A stretch of 24,738 bases of DNA, taken from IMG/VR virus record IMGVR_UViG_3300044676_001594, positions 1-24,738 of that record. One strand, given 5' to 3'. This document shows, piece by piece, positions 23,913-24,738 of this stretch. A program made the translations under genes and the position numbers. Numbering within the stretch: the stretch's first letter is position 1; each line of letters begins with the position of its first letter. The DNA comes from a virus (Duplodnaviria > Caudoviricetes). The notes under the pieces were generated by a model that was given only the letters and a program-made list of their open reading frames with translations, did no database searches and was not told the DNA's origin.

Positions 23913-24146
23913 TTAAGCTCCTCCTCCATTGTAAACATCTAAGTTATTATCAACGACAGCTCTTTGTGATTGAATGATTGGATCACCTAAAGGAGCGTCG
24001 CCAGCGTCTAAAGCAACGACATCAGGGTCTTGTTTCAAAAGTTCTACTGTTTGGTTCACTTGTGTGGCGACAGCAGCGGATACAGCGTTCAGCGTCCGGT
24101 ACTGAGCGGATAGTGGGTGTGGACGAACTACAGGGCGACGAGGCAT
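23913..24146 (-). CDS. Hypothetical adaptor-like protein, 77 aa
   Basis: Basic N-terminus, short helix, LDAGDA and YNGGGA motifs. Tiles with neighbours. Confidence 0.6.
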   Translation of the reverse strand: MPRRPVVRPHPLSAQYRTLNAVSAAVATQVNQTVELLKQDPDVVALDAGDAPLGDPIIQSQRAVVDNNLDVYNGGGA

Positions 24147-24148
24147 GA

Positions 24149-24424
24149 CTACGCTACTGATTTAGCCCCTCTGCACTTCCACTTCTTACGACTGAGGCTA
24201 TTAGGACTGTTAGGATCATTCTTCCAATTTCCTTTTATCTTTAAAGACCTAGCACAGTAAGCATCACCTTTAGGAGTTCCTGGTCTAATTCTATCACCAC
24301 CACCTTTAGCTTTACCTGATTGACCGTAGCCTATGCGACGCTTTCTTCCCGTCTTAGGGTTAGTAACAACTTTAACGAAACGCTTACCTTTAGGCTTCTT
24401 TATACTGAGACCTTTGCGTGCCAT
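24149..24424 (-). CDS. Small basic phage protein, 91 aa
   Basis: K.....GYGQ.G...PGTPKGDAYCARS...DPNSPN.LSRKKWKC pattern, recalled from aquatic phages. Confidence 0.75.
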   Translation of the reverse strand: MARKGLSIKKPKGKRFVKVVTNPKTGRKRRIGYGQSGKAKGGGDRIRPGTPKGDAYCARSLKIKGNWKNDPNSPNSLSRKKWKCRGAKSVA

Positions 24425-24429
24425 TACTT

Positions 24430-24567
24430 TTAGCTAGGGAATCCTTTTTTCATGTTAGAGTAAGATTTAGCACTTACCGTAGAATTTTTCTTACTACGAC
24501 TAATACCTAAACGCCTACGGTTATTCATGTTCTCGTACAGTCCTGGTCTTTTAATCTTTCTTTTCAT
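24430..24567 (-). CDS. Small basic protein, 45 aa
   Basis: Not in the track. MKRKIKRPGLYENMNNRRRLGISRSKKNSTVSAKSYSNMKKGFPS, with GAGG upstream. Confidence 0.65.
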   Translation of the reverse strand: MKRKIKRPGLYENMNNRRRLGISRSKKNSTVSAKSYSNMKKGFPS

Positions 24568-24571
24568 CTGT

Positions 24572-24738
24572 CTATTTCCTCACTAATACTTCAAGCATTC
24601 GATCTAGCTTCTGGTTCATCTCCTTGATAGCTTCCTCTACTTTCCCCATACGGGACTCCACAGCAGCGTCTCTTTCTCGTTGAGCAGCTAACTCCACCTC
24701 TATCTTTGTCAGGCGTTTATCACCGATGTCCATCCGTT
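24572..24738 (-). CDS. Partial coiled-coil protein (C-terminus only)
   Basis: ...RMDIGDKRLTKIEVELAAQRERDAAVESRMGKVEEAIKEMNQKLDRMLEVLVRK-stop. Confidence 0.6.
   Translation of the reverse strand, partial: RMDIGDKRLTKIEVELAAQRERDAAVESRMGKVEEAIKEMNQKLDRMLEVLVRK

Noticed and set aside
1-24738. Apparent abundance of AGCT as a methylation signal
   Set aside because: Explained by GCT Ala codons following A-ending codons. Not supportable without counts.

Overview
A 24.7-kb segment of a T7-like podovirus genome (Autographiviridae-type), probably aquatic. All credible genes are on the minus strand. Read in transcription order (high to low coordinates), the window crosses the genome end-to-start junction: late fibre/adaptor genes, small and large terminase, a hairpin-rich non-coding stretch and probable terminal-repeat region (~18.7-20.3 kb), a cluster of small early ORFs, single-subunit RNA polymerase, SSB, endonuclease I, primase/helicase, family A DNA polymerase, a PD-(D/E)XK nuclease, exonuclease, a dATP/dGTP diphosphohydrolase-like gene, a C5 DNA methyltransferase, gp6.5- and gp6.7-like genes, an inserted fibre/LamG cassette, portal, scaffold and two membrane proteins. 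Main observations: (1) the C5 methyltransferase is split over two almost fully overlapping frames, with motifs I-VIII and X in one and three TP-type repeats plus motif IX in the other; (2) short fibre proteins have matching N- and C-terminal ends, suggesting a modular and possibly self-polymerising fibre whose main subunit has its own promoter and terminator; (3) host sigma70-type promoters, some leaderless, precede late genes although the phage encodes an RNAP; (4) a leader RNA with two alternative folds lies between the scaffold gene and lysis-like genes. All family assignments come from motif recognition by eye. No searches were run.
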